Positions 40,667 through 52,630 of a stretch of DNA of 64,000 nt are shown here, piece by piece. The stretch's first letter is position 1, and the number at the start of each line of letters is the position of its first letter. The stretch is from contig CM119268.1 of assembly GCA_051294375.1 (NCBI GenBank), positions 17,049,420-17,113,419 on the forward strand. The letters run 5' to 3'. The DNA comes from Paraspadella gotoi (lineage: Eukaryota; Animalia; Chaetognatha). The notes under the pieces are model-generated. The model searched no databases, was not told the DNA's origin, and saw only the letters and a program-made list of their open reading frames with translations. A program made the translations under genes and the position numbers.

Positions 40667-42097
40667 GTGGAATTTCTATCAGATGTATGTCTAAGTTATT
40701 TTCACCAATTACAACCCCTCACAACCTAACCCTTACCACATACCACCCCTTAAACACCCCCCACAGCTCTCTCACTACCCCATCATGACCCCCTCTACCC
40801 CATCCGGCGCCAAATGGGGACTCAAAAAGAGGGTCACAAAGTGAAGCGTCTTCGAGGGCGCGAATGACCGGTCGGCGACTGTTTCCGCGGCCTTGGCCAA
40901 ACGACCCTTTTTCTCCAAAGGGGAACGACCCTGTCGAAGCCAGAGGGGAAGGGGAGGATGGGAGGACACTCCGGGGGTGTCAGGGAGCGGGCGAGGGATT
41001 CGAGAGTAGAGTGAGGTTGTGGAGTGAAGAGACGAAGATCTGTTTGGCTTAGTGTGATCACGTTTACGGCTCAACAGTGAACAGGCTGGGAGACTCAGAG
41101 GAATAGAAGAGAAAAGAAAAGAAAAGAAAAAAAAGAAAAGAAAAAAAAAGAAAAGAAAAAAGAAGAATAGAAAAGAAAAGAAATGAAAAGAAAAGAAAAC
41201 TAACTCGAGTTAGAAAAAGAAAAGAGTGAGAAAGGAATAGAGGATAAGAATTAAAGAAGAGACAAGTAGAGAAGAGATCAGATGAGCCTCTTCTCTACGA
41301 GTAAACGACGTCCCGCAACGAGCGTTCGACCGCAACTCAATTTACCGTGGTCCCGTTACATCGAGCTCGTTATCAGCGGGTCGCCCCCTTTCGTTAAGGC
41401 CGTTAGGCTTCGTTACAGGCGGTTTGCGTTGCCGGTTAATGGCCAAACGACCGCGGGTCTTAATTATCGAATTGCGTTTGGGTTAATGGTTAATGGTTAA
41501 TAGCGATAGACTGTTTATCGTTCCAACGCTCGATCCCGTTGCATTTCGTTGTCACGCTCCTTCTTTTTATTTTTCTCCGTATATCGTCTTTGTCGTTCTT
41601 TTAATCTTCTTTTTTTGTCGTAATCTTTTTTTTCTGTTATCATCGTCGTTTTCATCGTCGGCATCTGCGTTGTCCACACACTTCAAGCTTATTTCTTCCA
41701 TATTTTCCGCCAAGGGGCGTTCGGTTAGCCCTGCCACCTATGGCAGTCTTGCCAGTGAAAGATGGCCTTATTTTGACAGTCTAACCCTTTCAGTTTTCGT
41801 TTCGCCATTTCCCCTTCGCCCTTACTTCCGCAAATCTACCGACCTCAGCCCTACTTCTCCCCATGTCTCTTTCGGTAAATCTAAATGTATTCAGCGACTC
41901 TTCTCCCGATCATCCAATATACATTCACCCTTTCCACCTCCCCCCTACCATCTCAACTCACGTCTCCCCCCCCTCTCCACCCCACCGCCAGCGTCTGCCG
42001 GCGGCGCATCCCGGCAAGCGTCACGCTTGACTTACTTGTCGCGTCTCTTCTCGACTCTCCTCCTAAAAAGTCTTTCCCGATTTCCTTATTTCGATCC

Positions 42098-42181
42098 GAC
42101 CAATCAACGGGCGAGGCCAATCTGGGAGGATGCGGCCAATCGAGGGGGAGAGGCCAATCGAGGGGGAGAGGCCAATAGAGG
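42098..42181. repeat. 18-bp minisatellite GGCCAATCGAGGGGGAGA containing five CCAAT motifs
   Basis: CCAAT at 42100, 42117, 42136, 42154 and 42172. Confidence 0.8.
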
Positions 42182-43484
42182 GAAAGAGAGATAAAAGTGG
42201 AAAATCTGGGAACAAGAAAAACGAAAAAAAAATGGCGCCAAAATATAGAGAAATATGTTTACAAAGCAGTGACGTTGAAAATCATGAGGATAGTTGAAAA
42301 TGACACTTTCATAGAAGATGGCGAATTTAGTAAAATAAAAATGATTAGAGACGAGGCTAATCGTTTTAAAATAATCGAGAATGAAGAAAAAAGCATTCCA
42401 ATGAACAGATAGGAAAGGGAAAGGAAAAATAACAATTTGTTTCGAAAACATTATGAATCTATCGGAGGCAAATTAAACTTATATCGGCTGATATAAAAAA
42501 AAACAGGCAAGGCTGTTAAGACCTCAGCCACAGTCACCTGTTTTATATAAATTTCTTTTTTTTTTTGCAATTTAGTTAATCTTAAATTACTTCTAGTTGT
42601 ACTAAAAAACATCCCATTCGCTCTCGCGTTAACATTTTTTCCACTTAACCTTTTCATTCCTCCAGCTTTCCAACTTACCTTCCCACCGGTCCCNNNNNNN
42701 NNNNNNNNNNNNNNNNNNNNNNNNNNNNNNNNNNNNNNNNNNNNNNNNNNNNNNNNNNNNNNNNNNNNNNNNNNNNNNNNNNNNNNNNNNNNNNNNNNNN
42801 NNNNNNNNNNNNNNNNNNNNNNNNNNNNNNNNNNNNNNNNNNNNNNNNNNNNNNNNNNNNNNNNNNNNNNNNNNNNNNNNNNNNNNNNNNNNNNNNNNNN
42901 NNNNNNNNNNNNNNNNNNNNNNNNNNNNNNNNNNNNNNNNNNNNNNNNNNNNNNNNNNNNNNNNNNNNNNNNNNNNNNNNNNNNNNNNNNNNNNNNNNNN
43001 NNNNNNNNNNNNNNNNNNNNNNNNNNNNNNNNNNNNNNNNNNNNNNNNNNNNNNNNNNNNNNNNNNNNNNNNNNNNNNNNNNNNNNNNNNNNNNNNNNNN
43101 NNNNNNNNNNNNNNNNNNNNNNNNNNNNNNNNNNNNNNNNNNNNNNNNNNNNNNNNNNNNNNNNNNNNNNNNNNNNNNNNNNNNNNNNNNNNNNNNNNNN
43201 NNNNNNNNNNNNNNNNNNNNNNNNNNNNNNNNNNNNNNNNNNNNNNNNNNNNNNNNNNNNNNNNNNNNNNNNNNNTCGTTGTTTATGAAATCTTCAATAA
43301 GCTGAAAATAGAGCAGCGTCTCATTTTTCACGTGGGATAAAAATGGGTTGTCGTCGTCGTCGGCGTCGCTTTCGTCGTCGTCGTTCTCCTCGTCGTCGTC
43401 CTGTCTCAAGAAGGAACCGCCCCGGGGCCGAGAGAGGAGAAGAAAAGTGCGGTGGCTGAATGTAAGGAAGATGGCGGAAGGTGG

Positions 43485-43795
43485 AGGAAAGGAAAGGACA
43501 GAGAAGAAGAGAAAAGGAAAAGGAGAGGAAAGGAAAGGAAAGAGAAGGAAAGGAAAGGAACGAAAAAAAGGAAAGGAAAGAAAAGGAAAGGAAAAGGAGA
43601 GGAAAGGAAAGGAAAGAAAAGGAAAGGAAAGGAACGAAAAAAAGGAAAGGAAAGGAAAGGAAATAAAAGGAAAGGAAAGGAAAAAGTGAAGAAACGAAAG
43701 GAAAGGATAGAAAAGGAAAGGAAAAGAAAAAAAAGGAAAGGAACGGAAAAAAAAGAAAGAAAAGGAAAGGAAAGGAAAGGAAAAGGGAGGGAAAG
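43485..43795. repeat. Degenerate (GGAAA)n purine tract
   Basis: Directly visible. Confidence 0.9.
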
Positions 43796-44256
43796 TAATA
43801 AAAGGAGCAAAGGGAAAAAAAAGCAAATGGAAAAAATAAGAAACTAAATGACAGGAAAGGAAAGGAAGAAAAAGGAATAAAAAGAAGGGAAAAAAAGATA
43901 AGAAATAAAGGGGAAATAAAGTGTAAAATTGAATACGAATAAAAAGGTAAGTAAAGAAAGGAAAGAAATGAAAGAAAGCAGAAAAAAGATCGAAAGAAAG
44001 AAAAAGCAAATGAAATAAGAAAAGCAACCGGAGAAAAAGAAAAGTTACTTTGCAGGTATTCACCCTCGGGGTGGTGGTCGCTAAAGGGGGGTGAGTCGGG
44101 GGGTGAGAAAGTGGGGCCAAAAGCGGAGGGTAGCGTCTGGTTGCTTGGCGCGTCTCGGCACCGATTGCGTCTCCATGGCGACGAGAGGTGCCTCATTTTT
44201 TATGATTACATGAAAGAAGGACGATGACTTGATTGGGTTGCCGCTTCCAAGCGACG

Positions 44257-44379
<123 letters not shown>

Positions 44380-46182
44380 CCGGCTAGCAACCCCGCTAGC
44401 AGCCAGTCGTTTCGGAGGGGGAAAGGGGCCAGGGAAGGGAATATGAACGGATTCGGCATATTAATTTGAATTTGGTGATTATATTGGACCTTACGTAAGT
44501 CAACAGTTTTTTGAGACAAACATTTTAATTGAATAACTACAGTAGATAAACATAACCGGACCCCTTCACGCCCCCAAAACTTCCATGCTGGCCACGCCCA
44601 GTTTCGTCTTCTCTCTTTTCTTCCATATCTTCTCGCCCGCCTCTCGATCCATCGTCTCGGCTTTCCATCACCTAAAACCTCACCTCACTCCAGAGTGGTG
44701 AGGTTTTTCTAAGAGAAGACAAAAGGGCGTCGTTATCTATCCTTTTTCGATCCGAGGTAAGGATTCGAGCGGGAGGTGAGAGAGGGAGGGATGAGTGGTG
44801 AGGGGTGATGGGTGAGTGACTGAGTGAATCTTGAGAGTGAAGTTTGAGTAGTGAGAGCGTTGCTCTTTTTTTTTAATTCGTTGTTGAAAAAATGAGAAGC
44901 TAAAAGTTGGTGCAGGTGTGAAAAATTTTAAAAATAGAGAAAAATTCGTTCGAAAAATTGAATAAAAAAGTGAAATTAGTGACAAATTGATAAGTTAAGA
45001 TTTAAATAATTGATAGTCGTTTGATATGATCTCCGGTTTAGACTCCTCGTTCCAATGCCCCCCCCCCAATTTGCTCTGATAGTCACCTCTCGATCCTAAT
45101 AATCTCCTCCATCAAATATTCCTCTTCTCCCTTCCGCTTTTCATATCCTTCAGATTCCGAGTTTTATTTCGCTTCCTCCGCTTCTCAACTATTTAACGTA
45201 TGTATACTTAACTGTGATTTAATTGAAAACTTTTGGCTTGGTTTTTCAGAATCTCTCATCCGCTTTTCTCAATTTCTACCTTTCCGCTTCTCCAAACCCT
45301 GTTCTTTCCGCTTCTCCCACGCCGCTCCTTCGCTTCTCCGGTCCTCCCATCCGCTTCCCGTCTCTTCTTCCGGTTTTCAAAGGTCGCGGGGTCGGCGAGT
45401 CCAGGGGTCACGAACGACGCTTACCCTTTTCGCCATTTTTCCTCGGACGCCTCCCTTTTTCTTCCTCCTTTCTTCGCTTTTTTTCTCGGACGGTTTCTTT
45501 CCTTTTTTCCTTTTCTCCTTTTCTCCTTTTCTCCTTTTTTCCTTCATCATAATTACTTTTCTTTACCAATTTTCCCCCTTTGCTTGTTTACTTTCATATC
45601 GTTCATATCCTGAAATAACAGTTTATTTTTTTCTATTATTTATGGAAGAAACTTCAGAATTAACTAATTAGTAAGAATTAAAATAAGTGAAATTTTCTCA
45701 TCAATTTGTTAAACGGAAAACTTAAATATTAAAAATGTTAAATTTTATTTTCATCATTTCCTTCTAACTTACTAATACAAGCTAACAACTGAAGTCAGAA
45801 GAAAATCTTTATTTCAATTTTAACAAATTTTCTCGATCTTGAGCAACAGTCTTTCCGTCCAGATCAATCTTCATTTTACCACGCCTCTACTTTTGTCTAC
45901 CGTCATTCTATCCCGAGCAACCTTCTTTAAAGATTCACTTAGCTTCATTCTACCATGTCTCTCTTTTTATATCAACATAACCTCATGTTATCACAAGCAA
46001 ACTTCTCTCCAGTCCGATTTAACTTCATTCTATCCCGAGCAACATCTTAACATGGACTCTCCACTCCGAGCAACCTTCAGTCCTTCACTTCTTTTTATGG
46101 TCCAAAGAAGGAAAGAAATCAGCTGCGGTTAAGAGTCAATAAAGTCGAAAGTTTGTAATCCCGAAAATGTTGAAACGATTGT

Positions 46183-46309
<127 letters not shown>

Positions 46310-46564
46310 AGCACATCTGCGCGTGAATCGGCTTTGCAGGTTGTGAAGGGATCACAGGGTGAGGGTCTTTCAACCAAAACTTATCTCTCTTCCTTCCGTT
46401 TTCTCTTCCTTTTTTTTCCTTTTTTCCCCTTTTTTTTATCCTTTTTTTTTTTTTGCATCGATTCTCGGACCCAAAATCAGAAAGAAAAAAAAAAGAAGCG
46501 AAGGAGAAAATTCTTTGGGTCTTTCGAGGTGAAGAGGAAAGTGGTTCTGGTGTTGACAACGCGT

Positions 46565-46690
46565 CCTTTTACTCCTCTCACTCCTCTTACTCCTCTTACT
46601 CCTCTTACTCATCTTACTTCTCTCACTTCTCTTACTCCTCTCACTCTTATTACTCCTTTTACTCCTCTCATTCCTATTCTTTCTCTTCCT
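46565..46690. repeat. Degenerate 9-bp tandem repeat (ACTCCTCTT)n
   Basis: Directly visible. It produces the TPLTPL/SSYSSY pseudo-ORFs. Confidence 0.85.
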
Positions 46691-47303
46691 ACTTCACATC
46701 CACTTTTTTCTCCTCATACTCCTGTTCGATTCGCCCCTTTCTCCCTTCAATTCATCTCCCTCCCTCTCTCTCTCACTTTCTTTCCTTTCCTTCTATTACT
46801 TTTAATCTTAATCTTAATCTTAACCTTAATACTACAATTCAGTTATTATATTTTTTTTCTCATCCCGTCGTTCATACTTCACTTTTCTTAAATCCTCCCT
46901 TCCAGTCCCTTTCTTCAACTTCTCTTTTCTTTTCTCTTTCCTTCCTCCCTCAGTTTTCTCCCTCTTCCTCTCGTCGCCCGGAACTTGTTTGGCCCGGTGC
47001 CACTTAGGACCCGGAGAGGGCGGCGGGTTAAGGGGCTGCACAGCGTGGGTGGAGGGTAAAGCAGAGAGGTCTGGAGGACGACGGTTGGTGACGGCACCGG
47101 CGGCAGCGGACGGCGGCAGCGGCTCCTGCGGCGGCTGCGCCGGGCGGACCCGCAAGACGTTTGGCTATTTTTGGGTTTTGAGTCTCCTGAATAGTAAATG
47201 GGGAGACGGGGCGACGGCGCCGGTCCTTAGCAAAGCCGAAGGAGCGCCAAGAGTCGAAAAACAACAACAACAACAACGACCACGACAGTAACATACGACA
47301 CTA

Positions 47304-47339
<36 letters not shown>

Positions 47340-47678
47340 AAAAGCCTCCCGGGAGGAACTGACCAAAGGACTTTCTATTCTCGTTTCCCGTAGTCGTTCG
47401 ACGTCTTAAAGTCGCGACTCAGATTTGCTTCGTCAAGAGGACGACGTCGTCGTCGTTTCCGGCAAGAAGGAGTTTGCTCGGCGCCGGGACGAAATCGGCA
47501 GAAGGTGGGGGAGTGGGAGGGTGATTGATCAGAAGTGGCTCTTTGGAGGCCTGCTTGGCCACTGGGGATGCTGGACCCAAAATCTCTTGTCAAATTGTCG
47601 GAAAAGTCTTTGAAAAGAAAGATACTGTAAAGTGATTGATGGTGCGGGAGTTCGAGGAAGAATTGCAGATATGTAGAC

Positions 47679-48213
47679 TAGAGTGGAGCAATGGGGAACA
47701 TAAATTTTATTTGAGTGAGTTTGGGCAACAGTATGATTAATTACAATATATTTATAGTAATATCCTTATAAAATTATAAATTTTCAAAATGATTTTTTAA
47801 AAATTTTTATTAAAGATTCTGATTCTTAATAAAAAGTTAGATAAAAAATCTAAAATATGTCATTAAAAATTTTAATTTCTTCAGCGTTAAAAATGGAAAA
47901 AAAGGCCAAATTTTCCATTTTTTTATGCTTTGTAGTAAAATCTATTATATGATGAAACATTTTGGTCATTTTTCGCAGCTTTAACGTAAAAATATCATGT
48001 AACATATTTTACAAAAGTTTTTTATTTTTTTCTGGCAAATCCGAAACTGTTCTTAAAATTTAAAAAAAATATGATTTTAACATTTTATGATTTTATAAGG
48101 ATATTACTATAAAAAAAATTCAATTAAGCCAATTTTTTTTGAAATAATGATGAATTATTTTTTATTACATATACAAAGGCAGCAAAAAAACATTGTTTCA
48201 TCACTCCACCCTA
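47679..48213. mobile_element. Non-autonomous DNA transposon (MITE), 535 bp, hAT-type
   Basis: Perfect 8-bp target-site duplication ATGTAGAC at 47671-47678 and 48214-48221. Imperfect TIRs: TAGAGTGGAGCAATG vs the reverse complement of the right end, TAGGGTGGAGTGATG. Internal ~55-bp inverted repeat starting TTTATAGTAATATCCTTATAAAAT at 47751, with its partner ending ~48113. The interior is AT-rich with no ORF. TAG termini plus an 8-bp TSD fit the hAT superfamily. Confidence 0.85.
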
Positions 48214-49183
48214 ATGTAGACAACTGGACTCGGTTGGTGACTCCAAAGGAATAACGTGAGAAATGATGCTTTGGTCATACGCCCAAAGCAAGTCCTAAAC
48301 TAATTAGATTATCGTTTTAATTATGACATGTCGATAAATTATATACCGATCTTAAATGTAACATGTGTAATATGAATAAATAAATTAATAAAATAAAAAA
48401 GTAGATTAAAATGTTGGGATAGAAAAAATATAAATTAGTCAATACTAGACTGAAAATGCGAAAGAGTAAACATTTAGACTTAAGTTTACTAAACAAGAAT
48501 AGCGATGATCGAAGAGAGGAGTGAGACAAGAGTAAAGAGAAGAAGAAGAAAAAAGAGAAAAGAAAGACGAGAGAGTAAAGACCGAACGCGAAAGCCAAAA
48601 CGCGAAATGGGGTGAACCGCGTTCGGTGAATCGACGAACGGGTTAACGAGGGACGCCGCGTCGCTCGGGTGGTAGAGGGGGGGCGCGGGAAGTAGCGGCG
48701 TCGCCCCGAAGCGTCGGCGTCGTAGCCGGGCGGCGCCGGTGTCGTAGCGAGTTCGGGCGTCAATCGATGGACCGACCCTTTCACTCTCCGTTTGACGCCC
48801 GTTAATGGAGATTCCCTAAACACGCGAGGGACGCTATTGCGCTATTGCGGGAATTGGTCCGCTGTAGCGAAAATAGCCGACTTTAAAGCGAGAATGATTC
48901 GTTATATCCAATCTATAACTCGTTCAATGGGGCGCGCCAAAATAATCTAAAAGCTGGCTAAGAAACTCAACAGTCTTGGGGATAATATCTCAAAAGTTCA
49001 AATCTTGTTACTCAAAATTAACAATAACGCGAAAATAAATTGAAAGCAGAATTTTTGCAGATTACCAAAAGGTAACGTTTGACACATCACAAAACAAACT
49101 CCATTACGAACTCAGTTCCTCCCACTCTTCCGATCTTTTTTTCCAGTTTTCTGTCTTCTCTTCTTTTTTTTTTTTCTTTTGGC

Positions 49184-49808
49184 CAAAACATTCCCCGATT
49201 CTCTCTCCTTTCTTTTACAACTCTCTCTCCACCTTATCTCCCAAAACATTCCCCGATTCTCTCTCCCTTTCTTTTACACTCTCTCAAAACATTCTCTCAA
49301 ACACTCTCTCTCAAAAACATTCCCCGATTCTCTCTCCTTTCTTTTACACTCTCTCTCCCACCTTATCTCCCAAAACATTCCCCGATTCTCTCTTCCTTTC
49401 TTTTACACTCTCTCAAAACATTCTCTCAAACACTCTCTCAAAACATTCCCCCATTCTCTCTCTTTCTTTTACACTCTCTCTCTCCCACCTTATCTCCCAA
49501 ACAATTCCCCGATTCTCTCTCCTTTCTTTTACACTTCTCTCAAAACATTCTCTCAAAACTCTCTCTCAAAACATTCCCCGATTCTCTCTCCTTTCTTTTA
49601 CACTCTCTCTCCCACCTTATCTCCCAAAACAATTCCCGATTCTCTTCTCCTTTCTTTTACACTCTCTCAAAACATTCTCTCAAACACTCTCTCAAAACAT
49701 TCCCCGATTCTCTCTCCTTTCTTTTACACTCTCTCTCCCACCTTATCTCCCAAAACATTCCCGTCTCTCTCCTTTCTTTTACACTCTCTCTCCCACCTTA
49801 TCTCCCAA
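49184..49808. repeat. Compound minisatellite: ~57-bp unit CAAAACATTCCCCGATTCTCTCTCCTTTCTTTTACACTCTCTCTCCCACCTTATCTCC alternating with a variant carrying CAAAACATTCTCTCAAACACTCTCT
   Basis: About 10 CAAAACATTCCCCG-type cores are visible. Confidence 0.9.
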
Positions 49809-49917
49809 AGAGGTAAACGCGACTTTTCCTCAGCTCGTGTTTTGCCGCCAACCTGATAGCTTTCTGATCCCGGCCAATCTTGCGCCTTCTTCGCTGCAGA
49901 CCCTGTCCCATGGCAAT

Positions 49918-49957
<40 letters not shown>

Positions 49958-50031
49958 TCTAAAGCTCTCTTTTTTATCATCCCTCTTCGCTCTCTCTCGA
50001 CGGCTTTCGTTTCCTCTGCGAGAATTTTATA

Positions 50032-50066
<35 letters not shown>

Positions 50067-50730
50067 CTTCCTCCTTCTCTAGTCTCTCTCTCTCTCTCTC
50101 TCTCTTTCCTTCTCATGAAGATTTAATGAGACCTTTCACAACCCTCTTTTTCCTTTCGGCCAAATTCCCGAATGTTGCAACACCATCTGAATTCCATCAT
50201 TTCCTTTCATCCCGCACAATCCTTCTTTAATCCCTTTTGACCCTCAATAAACCCAGGACCTGTCCGATTTTCCTCTTTCCTCCTCCTCCTCTTCCTCTTT
50301 CTCCCTCACGCTCCCTTCTCTTCGCTCGCCCTTTCCTTTCTTTTTTATATATTTTTTTTTTCGCGGTTATTTTATTTTTTAATAAAAAAATGTCGTTTTT
50401 AACTTTTTGTATATAAAATTTATAACATTACTTATTTCATTTTATTAACTTTTTTAGATTTCATAATATTAATATTAAAAGTTTTACTATTTTTGTATTA
50501 TTCATTTTTCCTTTTTGCTTTCATTTGATGTATCAGTTAAAATATTTTAAATTATAAAAATAAAATTAAAACGCTACAGGCCGTCAGTCTTACCTCATAA
50601 TTATATTTGAAATTAAAAAAGTAAAAAGAGAAATAGAACTAAAATGCAGAAGAAAAATTACCACTCACAATCCCCCCCTTTCCGCGAATTTTAAAACGAC
50701 CCCTTCGAACCACCCGATGACCCTCTCTCC

Positions 50731-51051
50731 TCAATGCGCGAAGGAAGAGAAACAATCCTTGATCAACTCGGAGGACTGCGACACCTTCTCCCAGCCTTCC
50801 GTCTTCATCACCTCGTCCACGTTCTCCTTCATGAAGAGGAGGCAAGCTCTCTTAAGGCCCTCGCAGTTGTGGTTGAAGCCGATGAGCAGTATCTCGCAGA
50901 CGTTGTCCACGTCGATCTTTTTGGTCAGACCTTCGGCGACGAGGAGTTTCATGTCGGCGAGATCGAAGGACTCGGCGACGGCGAGCAGAGCCTCGCCAGT
51001 GAATTCCACGTTGGGGGAGACGCGCCCGGTGTAGATGTACTCTAGGAGGGA
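50731..51051 (-). CDS. BTB/POZ protein (SPOP/TDPOZ-like), last exon: end of BTB plus BACK-like helices
   Basis: Acceptor cctcctcag|TCC, phase 0. Translates SLLEYIYTGRVSPNVEFTGEALLAVAESFDLADMKLLVAEGLTKKIDVDNVCEILLIGFNHNCEGLKRACLLFMKENVDEVMKTEGWEKVSQSSELIKDCFSSFAH*. This matches the BTB LLxYIYTG motif and the SPOP-type C-terminus (LLxxAxxYxLxxLK...I.V.N...L...H....LK..C..F...N...V..T.GW). Confidence 0.92.
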   Translation of the reverse strand, partial: SLLEYIYTGRVSPNVEFTGEALLAVAESFDLADMKLLVAEGLTKKIDVDNVCEILLIGFNHNCEGLKRACLLFMKENVDEVMKTEGWEKVSQSSELIKDCFSSFAH

Positions 51052-51318
51052 CTGAGGAGGGTTGGGGAGATGGAGCGTTGGAGGGGTCCATTCTTCGTTA
51101 CTTAGTATATTGCCGACTGCAATGTCTAGGTTAATTGTAGTGTTGTTGAAAAAGCGGGCGCGTGACTTTTGATTAAACGTCTTAAGAGCTTGTCAGCCTG
51201 TCACTTGAAACAGTTTTGCCATTGTAGAGTTTGAGAATCTGGATAACCGGAGATTTGAACATGGAACGGGCGTTTGAGACCAACTTAGGCCACGACGACG
51301 ACAACGACTCCCTTTAAC

Positions 51319-51603
51319 CTCGAAAGCGTCCAAGTCGTCGACGTCCAAATCCATCCGCCGTGGTCCGCCGCTTCCGGAACTGAAATCCGCTATCCGCTTC
51401 CGAAAAAATTCGCTCCTCGCCCTGAGAATCGGCGCGTGGACTGGAAACTGTCGGGTGCGTTTGGTGTCGTGTGCGCAACGGACGAAGATGATGACGTCGG
51501 CGCCGGCGCCCGATTCTCGTAGCGCCTTCAGGTCGTCGACGAGCTTCTTGTTCGACGCCGTCGCCCGCTCTCCGCCCGTGTTGAAGCTCAGCTCCAAATC
51601 AAC
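51319..51603 (-). CDS. BTB/POZ protein, exon 3: BTB core
   Basis: Boundaries ttcttcag|GTT ... GAG|gttaaa, 285 nt, phase 0/0. Translates VDLELSF...KLVDDLKALRESGAGADVIIFV...RQFPVHAPILRARSEFFRK...MDLDVDDLDAFE, which has the BTB motifs DV, FxVH..IL.ARS.FF. It joins in frame to give AFE|SLLEYIYTG. Confidence 0.92.
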
Positions 51604-51782
51604 CTGAAGAAGAGAAGTGGGTTTGTCGGTGGTAGCAGTCGGTCGCTCTGTAAGTCGTTGGGGCGGATGAAATGAAGGCACGAACGATTGGAAGCCATCT
51701 CGGTCTTCACTTGCAGTGACTTAATTCCAGTATAATGCCAATTTTACAGTACAAGAGCAAATGCCGCAAGTGTTTGGTTCAC

Positions 51783-51923
51783 CTTCGGCGCCATGGGAAT
51801 CGTTGTGGAAAAGTGACGGAAGCCATCGGGATTGCGGCCAGAGTAGCGTCGATCGTTGATGGAGAAGTCGTACTCGGCCGCCAGAGGGAAGAAGAACGAG
51901 AGATGGAGTGATTTCTTTTTTTT
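51783..51923 (-). CDS. BTB/POZ protein, exon 2: diverged MATH-like segment
   Basis: Boundaries tttcctcacgtag|AAA ... AAG|gtgaac, 141 nt, phase 0/0, open. Translates KKKKSLHLSFFFPLAAEYDFSINDRRYSGRNPDGFRHFSTTIPMAPK. It is absent from the ORF track. Confidence 0.7.
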
Positions 51924-52284
51924 CTACGTGAGGAAATATTTAAAGATACGATATGATATGATATTTGTTTAAAGATATGATAAGATAGGATATATTTTCG
52001 TTGATCTATCTATCGTCGTCGAAACCAAACCCAAGCTTTCCCCTTTAATGCTATCTGTTTATCTATCTAAAAGTGATTGGTTGAAGAAAAAATAAATCGG
52101 TAGAACCAATACAAAATTATCCATTCATTTAATAAATGAATTATCTTGCCCCTGACTTTGGAGTTTGGACAGGCATTTTTGGTTAAAGACCTCCATCACT
52201 CTCTTACAGAATAATGACATAGCAGATCCCAACGAGCCAATCGATCCATTCCCAGCTCCCAATCGCCCCCCCCTCTCTGTTTAC

Positions 52285-52410
52285 CTCGAAGGCGACCAAA
52301 TATCCTTGCTCTAAGTCAATCTGATGTTTTCCCCTCGGCTCTTCGTCCACATCGATCGTCGTCACGATCTTCATGCGATCGTGACGCGACTTCGACGCCT
52401 TCGCATTCAT
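52285..52410 (-). CDS. BTB/POZ protein, probable first coding exon; start uncertain
   Basis: ATG at 52410 to GAG|gtaaac at 52285, 126 nt, phase 0. Translates MNAKASKSRHDRMKIVTTIDVDEEPRGKHQIDLEQGYLVAFE. The frame stays open further upstream, so an upstream exon is possible. Confidence 0.6.
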
Positions 52411-52582
52411 TTCCGGTTTCGCCCCGAAGTCGATTCTTATTATGTCACTCCCTCTCTGTCTCTCTCTTTCCCCCCTTTCCGCGAAGAATCTAAGCGGAGT
52501 CGAAACGAGGCCTAAGTAGAGGAAGGTTTTAAGTCCCGCAGGGGGGAGGGGCGAGAGAGAGAGAGAGAGGAGAGGAGAGAGA

Positions 52583-52630
<48 letters not shown>

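Noticed and set aside
50639-51091. Overlapping ORFs 50717-51034(+), 50734-51045(+), 50639-50845(-) and 50852-51091(-)
   Set aside because: They are shadow frames of the GC-rich BTB last exon.
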